Assembly (NCBI GenBank): GCA_034003985.1
Contig: JAVEXP010000002.1
Coordinates: 144,789 to 208,788, forward strand
Direction of reading: 5' to 3'
Length of the DNA: 64,000 bases
Origin: Patescibacteria group bacterium
GTDB lineage: Bacteria > Patescibacteriota > Patescibacteriia > Buchananbacterales > UBA6539
Below are positions 53,149 to 62,343 of this stretch, piece after piece. Below the pieces are notes generated by a model, which worked only from the letters and a program-made list of their open reading frames with translations, was not told where the DNA came from and searched no databases. The position numbers were made by a program, and so were the translations under genes. Position 1 is the first letter of the stretch. Each line of letters opens with the position of its first letter.

Positions 53149-55902
53149 ATGACTTTAATCGAAAAAATTGATCGCTTATTTGGTGATCCCAATGAGCGTT
53201 ATCTTAGCAAAATCAGGCCTTTGGTTGGCCAAATTAATGATCTTGAAGCTAGATTTGAGGCTTTTTCGGCTGATCAGTTGAAACAGCAAGCCCAGGATTT
53301 CAAGGCCAGATTGAAAGCGGGTAAGACTTTGGACGACATTTTGCCCGAGGCGTTTGCTTGTGTTCGCGAAGCCGCCAAACGCACTTTGGGTTTGCGCCAC
53401 TATGATGTTCAGCTATTAGCCGGAATTGTTTTGCATACCAATAAAATCGCCGAACAAAAAACCGGTGAAGGTAAAACTTTGTCGGCGACGACCGCGCTTT
53501 ACTTAAACGCCCTGGAAGGCCGGGGTGCTCATTTGGTGACCGTTAATGATTATTTGTCCCGGCGCGATTGCGGCTGGATGGCACCGGTTTATTATGCTTT
53601 GGGCTTGAGCTGCGGGGTAATCATCCATGATGCGGCGTTTGTTTATGATCCTGAATATTTCGACGAGCAGGCTACCGATAAACGGTTGGCCAATCTTAAG
53701 CCGGTTAGTCGCCAAGAAGCTTATCGGGCTGATATTACTTACGGCACCAACAACGAATTTGGTTTTGATTATTTACGCGACAACATGGTTTCCGAGCTGT
53801 CTCAGGCGGTTCAGCGCGATTTACATTACGCAATTGTGGACGAAGTTGACAGTATTTTGATTGACGAGGCGCGAACGCCGTTGATTATTTCGGCGCCGGA
53901 CATGGAATCAACCGACAAGTACTCGCAATTTTCCAGGCTGGTGGTTAAGCTGGTGGAAAACGAAGATTACAACATTGATGAAAAAATGAGAGCCGCGACT
54001 TTGACCGAAGGTGGTATTGCCAAAATGGAAAAGCTGCTTGGCATTGATAATATTTATACCGAAGGAGGAGTATCCGATGTCCATCACATTGAACAGGCTC
54101 TCAAGGCCCATGCTTTGTTTAAACGCGACCGCGACTATGTTGTTAAAGACGGTGAAGTGATAATCGTCGATGAGTTTACCGGCCGCTTAATGTATGGTCG
54201 GCGCTACAGCGAAGGCTTACATCAAGCTATCGAAGCCAAAGAAGGAGTTCCTATTCAGCGTGAAAGCAAAACTTTAGCGACTATTACTTTTCAAAATTAT
54301 TTTCGTCTTTACCATAAATTGGCCGGCATGACCGGTACGGCCGAAACCGAAAAAGAGGAATTCCAAAAAATTTATGGTTTGGATGTGGCCGTTATTCCGA
54401 CTAACAAGCCGATGGCTCGTCAGGATCTGATTGACCGGATTTATAAAAATGAAAGCGGCAAATTCCAGGCCGTAGTGCGCGAAGTCAAAGATCGTCACAC
54501 CAAAGGTCAGCCGGTTTTGATTGGTACGATTTCGATTGAAAAAAATGAATTACTCAGTCAATTACTGGAGCGCGAAGGCGTTCCTCATAATCTATTGAAC
54601 GCCAAGCAGCACGAGAAAGAAGCCCAGATTATTGCCCAGGCCGGACGGGTTGGAGCCGTAACTTTGGCTACCAATATGGCTGGTCGGGGAGTTGATATTA
54701 AACTTGGTGGCGATCCTTTTGATGAGCAGGAAGAAAAACGAGTGAAAGAGCTTGGCGGACTTTATATTCTTGGTACTGAGCGCCATGAATCACGCCGGAT
54801 TGATAATCAGCTGCGGGGTCGCGGCGGTCGGCAAGGCGATCCCGGCACTTCCCAGTTTTTTGTTTCGCTGGATGATGATCTAATGAGAATTTTTGGTTCC
54901 GAGCGCATTAAAGGTATCATGGAAACTTTGAAAGTGCCGGATGATATGCCAATTGAAAATCGGATGATTAGCCGTTCGCTGGAAGCGGCTCAGAAGAAAG
55001 TCGAAGGCTATCATTTTGATACCCGCAAGCACTTGGTTGAGTATGATGATGTTTTAAACAAACACCGCGAAACCATTTACAAAAAACGCGCTGCCGTCAT
55101 TGAAAGTGAAAATGTTAAGGATCAAATTTTACAGCAAGTTCAAGATGAAATTACCGAAGTGGTAAATTTTCATACCGCCGATCCCGATGAAAATATTTGG
55201 AATTTGGGAGAAATTTACGAGGTGGTCAATACCATTTTTCCGGTTGGCCAAGATGTCCGGCTTAAGCTTGCCGACATCGCCCAGGCAGCCGGGGACACGA
55301 TTGAAGATAAAACTTCGCGCGGCCGGCTGATTGGTTATTTGTTTAAACTGGCCGTTGAACAATATAATCATTTGGAAGAACAGGTAATTAAGATTGTCGG
55401 CAATGAATCAACTATGCGCCGGGTGGAAAAAGGCGCAATGCTGCGCAGTATTGATATGCTGTGGATTGAACACTTGGAAGCGCTTAATCATTTGCGAACC
55501 GGTATCGGCTTGCAGGGCTATGGCCAGCGCGATCCACTGGTAGAATATAAAAAAGAAGCTTTCCGGTTATTTAAGGAATTATTGGCGGCTATTCGCAAAC
55601 AAGTTGTTTATAGCATTTATAAAATGGGTCCGGCCGCCAATATTGCGCCGATTGTTATGAATCAAATGCCGGGGTTGAGCTTCCAGGCGCCGGCCAAAAC
55701 TTCCCAGTCGTCCAAATCTTCAATCGCCGGATTGGCTCAAAACCAAGCCAATCTCGATACTCCTCAGCAGCAAGAAGTCGATTCTCGCTTAGCTCAAGTG
55801 CCAACCGACGACAATACTCATTACCAAGGTCAAAAGGTTGGCCGGAACGATCCTTGTCCTTGCGGCAGCGGCAAGAAGTTTAAACGATGCCACGGGGCAT
55901 AA
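53149..55902 (+). CDS. secA: preprotein translocase ATPase SecA
   Basis: 917 aa. Walker A 'GEGKTL' context 'KTGEGKTLSATTALYLNAL'; DEAD-like 'IVDEVDSILIDEARTPLIIS'; C-terminal zinc finger 'CPCGSGKKFKRCHG'. Confidence 0.95.
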   Translation: MTLIEKIDRLFGDPNERYLSKIRPLVGQINDLEARFEAFSADQLKQQAQDFKARLKAGKTLDDILPEAFACVREAAKRTLGLRHYDVQLLAGIVLHTNKIAEQKTGEGKTLSATTALYLNALEGRGAHLVTVNDYLSRRDCGWMAPVYYALGLSCGVIIHDAAFVYDPEYFDEQATDKRLANLKPVSRQEAYRADITYGTNNEFGFDYLRDNMVSELSQAVQRDLHYAIVDEVDSILIDEARTPLIISAPDMESTDKYSQFSRLVVKLVENEDYNIDEKMRAATLTEGGIAKMEKLLGIDNIYTEGGVSDVHHIEQALKAHALFKRDRDYVVKDGEVIIVDEFTGRLMYGRRYSEGLHQAIEAKEGVPIQRESKTLATITFQNYFRLYHKLAGMTGTAETEKEEFQKIYGLDVAVIPTNKPMARQDLIDRIYKNESGKFQAVVREVKDRHTKGQPVLIGTISIEKNELLSQLLEREGVPHNLLNAKQHEKEAQIIAQAGRVGAVTLATNMAGRGVDIKLGGDPFDEQEEKRVKELGGLYILGTERHESRRIDNQLRGRGGRQGDPGTSQFFVSLDDDLMRIFGSERIKGIMETLKVPDDMPIENRMISRSLEAAQKKVEGYHFDTRKHLVEYDDVLNKHRETIYKKRAAVIESENVKDQILQQVQDEITEVVNFHTADPDENIWNLGEIYEVVNTIFPVGQDVRLKLADIAQAAGDTIEDKTSRGRLIGYLFKLAVEQYNHLEEQVIKIVGNESTMRRVEKGAMLRSIDMLWIEHLEALNHLRTGIGLQGYGQRDPLVEYKKEAFRLFKELLAAIRKQVVYSIYKMGPAANIAPIVMNQMPGLSFQAPAKTSQSSKSSIAGLAQNQANLDTPQQQEVDSRLAQVPTDDNTHYQGQKVGRNDPCPCGSGKKFKRCHGA

Positions 55903-55909
55903 CTTGATT

Positions 55910-56488
55910 ATGGGCAAAATATTTTTAGTCAGGCATGGTCAAGACAAAGATAATCAGCAAGGCATTCTTAATGGTAAACGAGATAGTGAATTAACCGACT
56001 TGGGCCGCAGACAGGCAGCAACAGTAGTTGAAAAGTTTAAAGATATAAAAATTGAAGCTATTTATTGTTCACCGTTAAAGCGGGCTTATGACACGGCTAA
56101 AATTATTGCTGCTGAATTGGGCGTCAATGAAGTTATCACGGATGAATCTTTAATCGAGCGTGATTTTGGGGTACTGACCGGCAAGCCGGTAGCTGATATA
56201 CTTAAATATACCCAGAAAATTATTAGATCTGACGGCATAAATTATTTTCTTGAAGTCGAAGGTGCCGAGAGTTTTAGTGATTTACTATTGCGTGGTGGTC
56301 AAATTCTGGAAAAAATAAATCAGCAATATCCTGATAGTAATATAGTGATCGTGACTCATGGTGATATCGGTAAAATGATTAGAGCTGTTTACCATAACTG
56401 GACATGGCAGAAAGGACTGGAAACTCCATATTTTGATAATACCGAGGTATTGGAGTTATCTGACAGTCAAGACAAAGAAATATTATGA
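55910..56488 (+). CDS. histidine phosphatase family protein (phosphoglycerate mutase-like)
   Basis: Start set at ATG 55910 ('MGKIFLVRHGQDKDN'). RHG motif present; 'LTDLGRRQA'; 'IYCSPLKRAYDTA'; second His motif 'IVIVTHGDI'. Confidence 0.8.
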   Translation: MGKIFLVRHGQDKDNQQGILNGKRDSELTDLGRRQAATVVEKFKDIKIEAIYCSPLKRAYDTAKIIAAELGVNEVITDESLIERDFGVLTGKPVADILKYTQKIIRSDGINYFLEVEGAESFSDLLLRGGQILEKINQQYPDSNIVIVTHGDIGKMIRAVYHNWTWQKGLETPYFDNTEVLELSDSQDKEIL

Positions 56489-57072
56489 TAAACAAAAATG
56501 CAGTACTAAATTTTGATGAAAGAGAACTAAAGAAACTAGCCAAGCCATATTTGGATTCAGCGAGGGCTGGTGATTGGAAGCATGCGCTGCGGGTTGTTGA
56601 ATGGGTCAAAGATTTAGGTGAAGGTAGGGATGATTTGTATTTATTAATAACGGCTGGCTATTTGCACGATATCGGCTGGTCGGGCATAGCGCCAAATAGC
56701 AAGTTAACCCTTGCTGACATCCGAAAACTTGAACCAAGGGCTAATAAAAATTCATTTGAATTAATCCCCGAAGTTCTCTCGAAATTAAAGTTTACCAATC
56801 AGGAGCAAGACATCGTGTTCAGATTAGTGGCCGCTGCCGATAAATATCAGTCAAAAAAAGATGACGAAATAATAATTGTTGACGCCGATAATCTTAGTAA
56901 ATTGTGTTTTGATCATGTTAACGAGAAGTTTACCCAACAAGATTTTTCTATAGTAATTAAGCATTTTGAAGAAGATCTGCCAAGTAGAGTAAAAAGTAAG
57001 AAAGCCAAGGAACTATTGCCAAAACTGTTAGTGGATTTAAAGAGTCAGCTAAAAATACATGAAATACAATAA
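56485..57072 (+). CDS. HD-domain phosphohydrolase
   Basis: 195 aa. 'HALRVVEW...LLITAGYLHDIGW' provides the H...HD metal-binding motif. Confidence 0.65.
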   Translation: MINKNAVLNFDERELKKLAKPYLDSARAGDWKHALRVVEWVKDLGEGRDDLYLLITAGYLHDIGWSGIAPNSKLTLADIRKLEPRANKNSFELIPEVLSKLKFTNQEQDIVFRLVAAADKYQSKKDDEIIIVDADNLSKLCFDHVNEKFTQQDFSIVIKHFEEDLPSRVKSKKAKELLPKLLVDLKSQLKIHEIQ

Positions 57073-57361
57073 ACTTATTCGTGATAAAATTCCAGAAATT
57101 ATCCGGGCCAAGGGTCGTGAGCCAATCATCCATATTGCCGATCAGCAAGAATACTGGCAAAAGCTCAAAGAAAAATTGGTGGAAGAATTCAAAGAATTTG
57201 AGGCTGCAGAAAGTCCCGAAGAATTAGCCGATGTTTTGGAAGTCATCGATGCAATTATTAAGTATAAGAATTTTGATTTTATCGAGATTAAAAAGATTAA
57301 GGAACAAAAAGCTCAAGCGCGGGGAAAATTTGAAAAACGAATCATTCTTGACGAGTCTTAA
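57059..57361 (+). CDS. MazG-like / phosphoribosyl-ATP pyrophosphohydrolase-like small NTP pyrophosphatase
   Basis: 100 aa. The all-helical 'KLIRDKIPEIIRAKGRE...EELADVLEVIDAI' matches the dimeric MazG-like house-cleaning pyrophosphatase pattern (E-x-x-E-E...E-x-x-D). Confidence 0.55.
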   Translation: MKYNKLIRDKIPEIIRAKGREPIIHIADQQEYWQKLKEKLVEEFKEFEAAESPEELADVLEVIDAIIKYKNFDFIEIKKIKEQKAQARGKFEKRIILDES

Positions 57362-57367
57362 ATTATT

Positions 57368-58231
57368 ATGCCCGAATTGCCGGAAGTCGAAACTTTAAAA
57401 CGGGACTTGAAAGTTTTACAAGGCAAAACCATTAAAGCCGCCAAGGTCAACTGGCCTAAGATGGTTAAACCTTTAAGTCCGGCCAAGTTTTGCCAAGGAA
57501 TAAAAAATCTAAAAATTACCGGCGTTTCGCGCCGGGCCAAAGTGTTGATTTTAGAACTGTCTGGTTCTAATTTTTTATTGGTTCATCTTAAGATGACTGG
57601 CCAATTAATTTACCAGCCCAAGCGCGGTCATTTAGTAGTCGGGGGCCATCCGCAAGTTGAGGGAGCGAGTGCTTTACCCAATAAATATACCCGCATCATC
57701 ATTTATTTTAAAGACGGTACGGTTCTTTATTTTAACGATTTGCGTAAATTTGGCTGGCTTAAGTTGGTCGATAAAAAAACCAAAGAAAAAATTCTGGCTG
57801 ATTTTGGTATCGAGCCATTAACGGTGGAATTTACTTTGGAAGAATTTAAAAATATTTTAAAGCGTTATCCCAATCGTAAAATCAAACAACTTTTAATGGA
57901 TCATAAATTAATTGCCGGAATCGGTAATATCTATGCTGATGAAAGCTGCTATTACGCCAAAGTACTGCCGGGGCGAATTGTCAAAACTTTAAAACCAAAA
58001 GAGATTACCGACCTTCATGAAGGTATCAAAATCATTCTTAAATTGGCGATTGCTAAAAAAGGCACCTCTTTTCGAAATTATATCAAACTCAACGGTCGTC
58101 CCGGCGGCATGGTTAAATATTTAAAAGTTTATGGGCGTGGCAATCAGACTTGCTCTCAGTGCGGCGCGATGATCAAAAAGATAAAGCTCAATGGCCGTGG
58201 CACTCATTTTTGTCCCCAGTGCCAAAAATAA
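57368..58231 (+). CDS. mutM: formamidopyrimidine-DNA glycosylase (Fpg/MutM)
   Basis: 287 aa. Starts 'MPELPEVETLKRDL' (catalytic Pro2 and Glu3). Has the H2TH region and a C-terminal zinc finger 'CSQCGAMI...CPQCQK'. Confidence 0.95.
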   Translation: MPELPEVETLKRDLKVLQGKTIKAAKVNWPKMVKPLSPAKFCQGIKNLKITGVSRRAKVLILELSGSNFLLVHLKMTGQLIYQPKRGHLVVGGHPQVEGASALPNKYTRIIIYFKDGTVLYFNDLRKFGWLKLVDKKTKEKILADFGIEPLTVEFTLEEFKNILKRYPNRKIKQLLMDHKLIAGIGNIYADESCYYAKVLPGRIVKTLKPKEITDLHEGIKIILKLAIAKKGTSFRNYIKLNGRPGGMVKYLKVYGRGNQTCSQCGAMIKKIKLNGRGTHFCPQCQK

Positions 58232-58264
58232 AGACCCGCTAATCAAAAACGGGTCTTTATTTTA
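58230..58264 (+). terminator. rho-independent terminator after mutM
   Basis: 'AAAGACCCG-ctaatcaaaaa-CGGGTCTTT' with a 9-bp stem, followed by ATTTTAAAA. Confidence 0.7.
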
Positions 58265-58275
58265 AAAATTTTATT

Positions 58276-58584
58276 TTATGATCTTTTTCTGGATCGAGCA
58301 AACAGTTTGGCTGCCTTTAAGGCTGGTGAGTCTTCCTCTTTTATTCCTGCTTCTTCATCCCTTTTGGCATAGTATCTTTCCGCTTCAGCTTTTTGTTCTT
58401 CGGTCGGATTTGGGTTCCAAGTCGGCTCTGACCCGGTTTCCCAGACTACTGAGGTGAGGGCATCCAAATCTAGTCCTTCAACATCTTCTTCCGTTAAATC
58501 TGGTCCTTTTTCAATATCAATGCTGGCAGCGGCCGCCTCAAATCTTTTTTGTGTTTCTTCGTATGAATTCTCTATTCCCGGCAT
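58276..58584 (-). CDS. hypothetical acidic protein
   Basis: 102 aa, E/D-rich; no motif recognised. Confidence 0.35.
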   Translation of the reverse strand: MPGIENSYEETQKRFEAAAASIDIEKGPDLTEEDVEGLDLDALTSVVWETGSEPTWNPNPTEEQKAEAERYYAKRDEEAGIKEEDSPALKAAKLFARSRKRS

Positions 58585-58646
58585 AGTTTTAAATTATTAA
58601 TTATTAGTATTAATTAAATTAAGCATAGCATAAAAATGATATTTTG

Positions 58647-59330
58647 TCAAGAAAAATGATTAACTATTTTTATGTTTAAAATTGATGAAGCTGTTTTGTC
58701 TGGTTGATAATCTTTAAGATATTTTTGCCAAGCATTATTGAAATTAATCATTGATCTTCGATAAGCTTCATAGTCGCCATTTGGGTAATTGGCATCAAAT
58801 CTTCTTTTGATTCTTTTTTCTAAATATTCATTTTTTAATTTAATAAAAATAATTTTGTCAAAAATATTTTCAAACATTTTGGTATTCTTTAAAAATATCC
58901 CTTCTACTAGCAAAACCTCATTATTTAAATTAAGTTGAATTATCTGTGGACCCTTATTTTTTTTATAACATATGTTTTTTAATACAAAGTATTTTTTTCT
59001 AGCAGATCTAAAATCTTTAGCCATTTTTTTTATCAATTTAGTTTTGTACCATTTCTCTTCAAAAACTTGGCATTTATTTTGGTAACTTTCCAGTGCTTTT
59101 CTGCGAAAGGCACTGGAATACATAAAATAATCAAGATGAACAGCGGTAATATCTTTATTTTTATAGGCCAGCTCTTTCAGAATAACCGTTTTTCCTAAAC
59201 CACTGGGTCCGTCAATCCCAATAATCAATTTTTTATTTGGGAGCTCCCGTTGCCATTTTTTGATTAATTTAATTATTGCCTCAACTATTTTTTGATTGGG
59301 GTCTTGGTCCATATGATTAAAGGTTAGCAA
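58647..59330 (-). CDS. P-loop nucleoside/nucleotide kinase (uridine kinase / PRK family-like)
   Basis: 227 aa. 'LIIGIDGPSGLGKTVILKEL' is a Walker A of the uridine-kinase type. 'LLVEGIF' matches the uridine kinase 'vEGi' motif. Confidence 0.5.
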   Translation of the reverse strand: MLTFNHMDQDPNQKIVEAIIKLIKKWQRELPNKKLIIGIDGPSGLGKTVILKELAYKNKDITAVHLDYFMYSSAFRRKALESYQNKCQVFEEKWYKTKLIKKMAKDFRSARKKYFVLKNICYKKNKGPQIIQLNLNNEVLLVEGIFLKNTKMFENIFDKIIFIKLKNEYLEKRIKRRFDANYPNGDYEAYRRSMINFNNAWQKYLKDYQPDKTASSILNIKIVNHFS

Positions 59331-59363
59331 AATTCATTATTTTTTTCAAAATTTTAAGCAATC

Positions 59364-59393
59364 AAAAACTCCCACCTTGCTGTGGGAGTTTTT
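59364..59393. terminator. bidirectional hairpin terminator (A5-CTCCCAC-loop-GTGGGAG-T5)
   Basis: Read directly. It sits 8 nt downstream (in minus-strand orientation) of the small acidic ORF stop at 59402. Confidence 0.6.
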
Positions 59394-59401
59394 GATTGAT
59401 A

Positions 59402-59575
59402 TTATTCGTATTCTGGTTCTTCTTCTTTGTCCATGCCGTCGTCGTCTGGATCGAAGCCTTCGTCTTCTTCACCCTCTTCATCTTCCATTGAAGATTCATC
59501 GGGATCGTCGCCGTAGGCGTCGTCGTCTTCGTCCATGTCGTCGTCGGATGAACTCAACATGAAGATGTTGAGCAT
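59402..59575 (-). CDS. unannotated micro-ORF encoding an extremely acidic 57-aa peptide (MLNIFMLSSSDDDMDEDDDAYGDDPDESSMEDEEGEEDEGFDPDDDGMDKEEEPEYE)
   Basis: Not in the supplied ORF track (below 60 aa). It is followed by a strong terminator. Its GC-richer, periodic codon structure contrasts with the flanking AT-rich DNA. The listed plus-strand Arg-rich ORF is its mirror image. Confidence 0.35.
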   Translation of the reverse strand: MLNIFMLSSSDDDMDEDDDAYGDDPDESSMEDEEGEEDEGFDPDDDGMDKEEEPEYE

Positions 59576-59617
59576 AACCAACAGGTTAATAATAAGACCT
59601 ATTAATTATATTATTTT

Positions 59618-60046
59618 TTAGATTAAATTCAAGAGGATTGTCAAGCCTATTCCCCAGATAATTCCGCCGCCGACTTCGGCAATACTGTGACCCATCCGTT
59701 CCCGAAAGTAGGGTATTTCTTCCTTGCCATTTTTGCCCAATTTATCAATTAATTTGTTGAAAATAATCGCTTGTTTGCCCAGCATTCCTCGGAAAGCCAC
59801 TGCGTCTCTGATGATTAGCAGAGTAAAAATCAACGCCAGGGCAAAAATTGGCTGGTCAAATCCCAATTTTATCCCCAGCAGGGTAGTAATGGAAACGGCA
59901 AATGCCGTATGGGAAGAAGGCATTCCGCCATAGCTGGACATAATATTTTTGAAGTCAAAATTGCCCTTAATGCCGTCCGTTAGTAATTTTAAGGCTTGAC
60001 TGGAAATTCCTACGATAATTGGTATAATGATATAAGCTAGGTCCAT
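59618..60046 (-). CDS. divergent PAP2-like membrane protein (DUF212 / acid phosphatase-vanadium haloperoxidase-related)
   Basis: 142 aa. 'SYGGMPSSHTAFAVS' is the signature of the DUF212 family; 3-4 TM helices. Confidence 0.75.
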   Translation of the reverse strand: MDLAYIIIPIIVGISSQALKLLTDGIKGNFDFKNIMSSYGGMPSSHTAFAVSITTLLGIKLGFDQPIFALALIFTLLIIRDAVAFRGMLGKQAIIFNKLIDKLGKNGKEEIPYFRERMGHSIAEVGGGIIWGIGLTILLNLI

Positions 60047-60060
60047 GGTTTTATAATTTT

Positions 60061-60882
60061 ATGGATTATTTTTATTCAATTTTTGCGGGTATTATCCAGG
60101 GTTTGACCGAATTTTTGCCAGTGTCCAGCTCTGGGCACCTGGTATTGTTTCACGATTTTTTAGGTTTTGACTTTCCCGACCAGGTTGCCTTTGATGTTGT
60201 TTTGCATCTGGGAACTTTGGTAGCCTTGCTGTTATTTTTCCACCGGGATGTTATTAAATATCTTTTGGCATTTTTCCGCAGTCTCTATCAGTGGCGTTTA
60301 AAACAGGATGTGGACCAGCGTTTGGCGTGGTATTTGTTTTTGGCAACCATTCCGGCTGGAATTTTTGGCTATTGGTTTGAAAGTGAAATTGAAACGATTT
60401 TTCGCAGCCCCGTGATCGTGGCCTGGATGTTGATTATTGTCGGGTTACTACTCTATTTTGCCGATTCATTCTTCAAAAAAGAAAAAGATATTGAACAATT
60501 GACTTTCATGAATGCGATGAACATTGGTTTGGCTCAGGCTTTGGCTTTGGTTCCGGGCGTATCGCGATCGGGCATTACCATTATAACAGGTTTGAGTCAG
60601 AAACTGAAACGCGATCAGGCTGCCAGATTTTCATTTTTGCTTTCCATGCCGATAGTCTTTGCCGCCGGCCTTAAAAAAACTGTGGATCTGGTTGTCGAAT
60701 CGGGATTACAATCAGTCGATTACTTAATTTTAATTTTAGGATTTGTATCTTCTGCCGTTACCGGTTATTTTTGTATCAAATACTTTTTAAGATTCTTGCG
60801 TGATCACAGTCTGACAGTTTTTGTGTTTTACCGTATTGTTTTAGGATTAGTTATTTTAATTGCGATTTTATTTTTTAAATAA
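60061..60882 (+). CDS. uppP: undecaprenyl-diphosphatase
   Basis: 273 aa. 'IIQGLTEFLPVSSSGHLVL' and 'PGVSRSGITI' are the two BacA/UppP signature motifs. Confidence 0.9.
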   Translation: MDYFYSIFAGIIQGLTEFLPVSSSGHLVLFHDFLGFDFPDQVAFDVVLHLGTLVALLLFFHRDVIKYLLAFFRSLYQWRLKQDVDQRLAWYLFLATIPAGIFGYWFESEIETIFRSPVIVAWMLIIVGLLLYFADSFFKKEKDIEQLTFMNAMNIGLAQALALVPGVSRSGITIITGLSQKLKRDQAARFSFLLSMPIVFAAGLKKTVDLVVESGLQSVDYLILILGFVSSAVTGYFCIKYFLRFLRDHSLTVFVFYRIVLGLVILIAILFFK

Positions 60883-60887
60883 TTTTT

Positions 60888-61631
60888 ATGGATTCCGAAA
60901 GAGCAAATGGCATTGCCAAAGAAATTCAGGAAGTTTCCAACGGGACGGAAATCAGCCCTTATCTATGGCGGATCATCAAACGGCCGGAAATATACCGAGC
61001 GCTGGTTGATTTAGTGGCAAATGGCGAGGAGGTTTTAGCTGATAAACACATTGAGACATCTTATAAACATTCCATTGATGTGGCGACAATTGCCGAAGCT
61101 TTTGCTGATGAATTCAAAGATTCGTTTAATCAAGAGAAAAAGGATACTTTTGTAACGGCAGCTTTATTGCATGACATTGGTAAACGAAAGGTTAATCCGG
61201 AAATATTGTTAAAGAATGGTAAGCCTACTGATGAGGAGCGTAAGGAAATAGAACGCCATGTCTATGAAGGCTGGGAGATTTGTCAGAATATTGCCGATAA
61301 AATTAGGGAATTAAATCCCGAAAGAGCTGAGTTAATGTCTGGGGTGATTGCCGAAATTGTTTTTCGCCATCAGGCCCATGGTAATGGCCATAGTTATCCT
61401 GCCCCCGAAGCATTTCATCGTCATCAAGATCCTGAAACCGAAGAATTAATATCGGAAATGTCAAAAAAGATTTCAGTAATTGATATTTTTGATGCCTTAA
61501 ATTCATATCGCGCTTATCGTGTGCCGGCGGATAAACCAGAGATTGAAAGATTGTTGAAAACTAAATTTCCCGAGGAAGATGAATGGATTAATTTTTTGAT
61601 CAATAATTTCATCGACGACCAAGAAGGTTAA
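60888..61631 (+). CDS. HD-domain protein with degenerate HD-GYP-like segment
   Basis: 247 aa. 'HSIDVATIA...AALLHDIGK' is the HD motif. The downstream 'FRHQAHGNGHSYP' resembles the 'HHE..DG.GYP' segment of HD-GYP phosphodiesterases. Confidence 0.5.
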   Translation: MDSERANGIAKEIQEVSNGTEISPYLWRIIKRPEIYRALVDLVANGEEVLADKHIETSYKHSIDVATIAEAFADEFKDSFNQEKKDTFVTAALLHDIGKRKVNPEILLKNGKPTDEERKEIERHVYEGWEICQNIADKIRELNPERAELMSGVIAEIVFRHQAHGNGHSYPAPEAFHRHQDPETEELISEMSKKISVIDIFDALNSYRAYRVPADKPEIERLLKTKFPEEDEWINFLINNFIDDQEG

Positions 61632-62339
61632 ATGAAAGCAATAATTTTGGCCGGCGGACAAGGTACCCGCCTACGGCCGTTAACTTACAAAATTCCTAAA
61701 GCTTTAATTCCGATTCAGGGTAAAACTTTGACTGAACAGGTTTTTGATATCTACCAAAAAGCCGGCGTGACCGATATCTATTTGTCAGTTGCTTATTTGG
61801 CGCAGCAAATGCAAGATTACTTTGGCGACGGGTCAAAATTTGGTTTTAATATCAGTTATCTTAAAGAACCTGAGCCCATGGGCACTGCTGGACCGCTGTT
61901 ATTGTTGCGCCAACAAGGAAAAATCCCCACTAGTGATTTTTTTATGTCCAATGGTGACAATCTATTCGCCTTGGATTTAAACGAGATGATTAGACAACAC
62001 CAAAAGACTGGGGCAATAGCCACTATCGCCTTGACCAAAGTATCCGATCCGACTCGTTTTGGCATTGCTAGGCTTGAAGACAGTAGAATTTCAGAATTTA
62101 TCGAAAAACCAACAGTCCAAGAAGCGCCGTCGCTTTATGCTTCTTCCGGATATTATCTGCTGTCACCAGCAGTATTTGATTATTTACCCGCCAAAAATTT
62201 TGTCATGGTCGAAAAAGATTTGTGGCCGGTTTTGGCTAAGGCCGGCAAGTTATTTGGCTATTGTTCTGACGCCCAGTGGTTTGATACCGGCACGCCGGAA
62301 AGCTATGAACAAGTTGAGCGCGAATGGCGCGGAGTTTAA
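61632..62339 (+). CDS. sugar-1-phosphate nucleotidyltransferase (mannose-1-P guanylyltransferase / GlmU-N-like)
   Basis: 235 aa. 'MKAIILAGGQGTRLRPLTYKIPKALIPI' is the canonical nucleotidyltransferase motif. Confidence 0.8.
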   Translation: MKAIILAGGQGTRLRPLTYKIPKALIPIQGKTLTEQVFDIYQKAGVTDIYLSVAYLAQQMQDYFGDGSKFGFNISYLKEPEPMGTAGPLLLLRQQGKIPTSDFFMSNGDNLFALDLNEMIRQHQKTGAIATIALTKVSDPTRFGIARLEDSRISEFIEKPTVQEAPSLYASSGYYLLSPAVFDYLPAKNFVMVEKDLWPVLAKAGKLFGYCSDAQWFDTGTPESYEQVEREWRGV

Positions 62340-62343
62340 TTTT

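Noticed and set aside
59377-59562. 61-aa plus-strand Arg/Leu-rich ORF (…RRRRRRRLRPCRRR)
   Set aside because: It is the mirror image of the minus-strand poly-acidic frame. The minus-strand frame has a start, a downstream terminator and more protein-like composition, so the plus-strand ORF is treated as a shadow.
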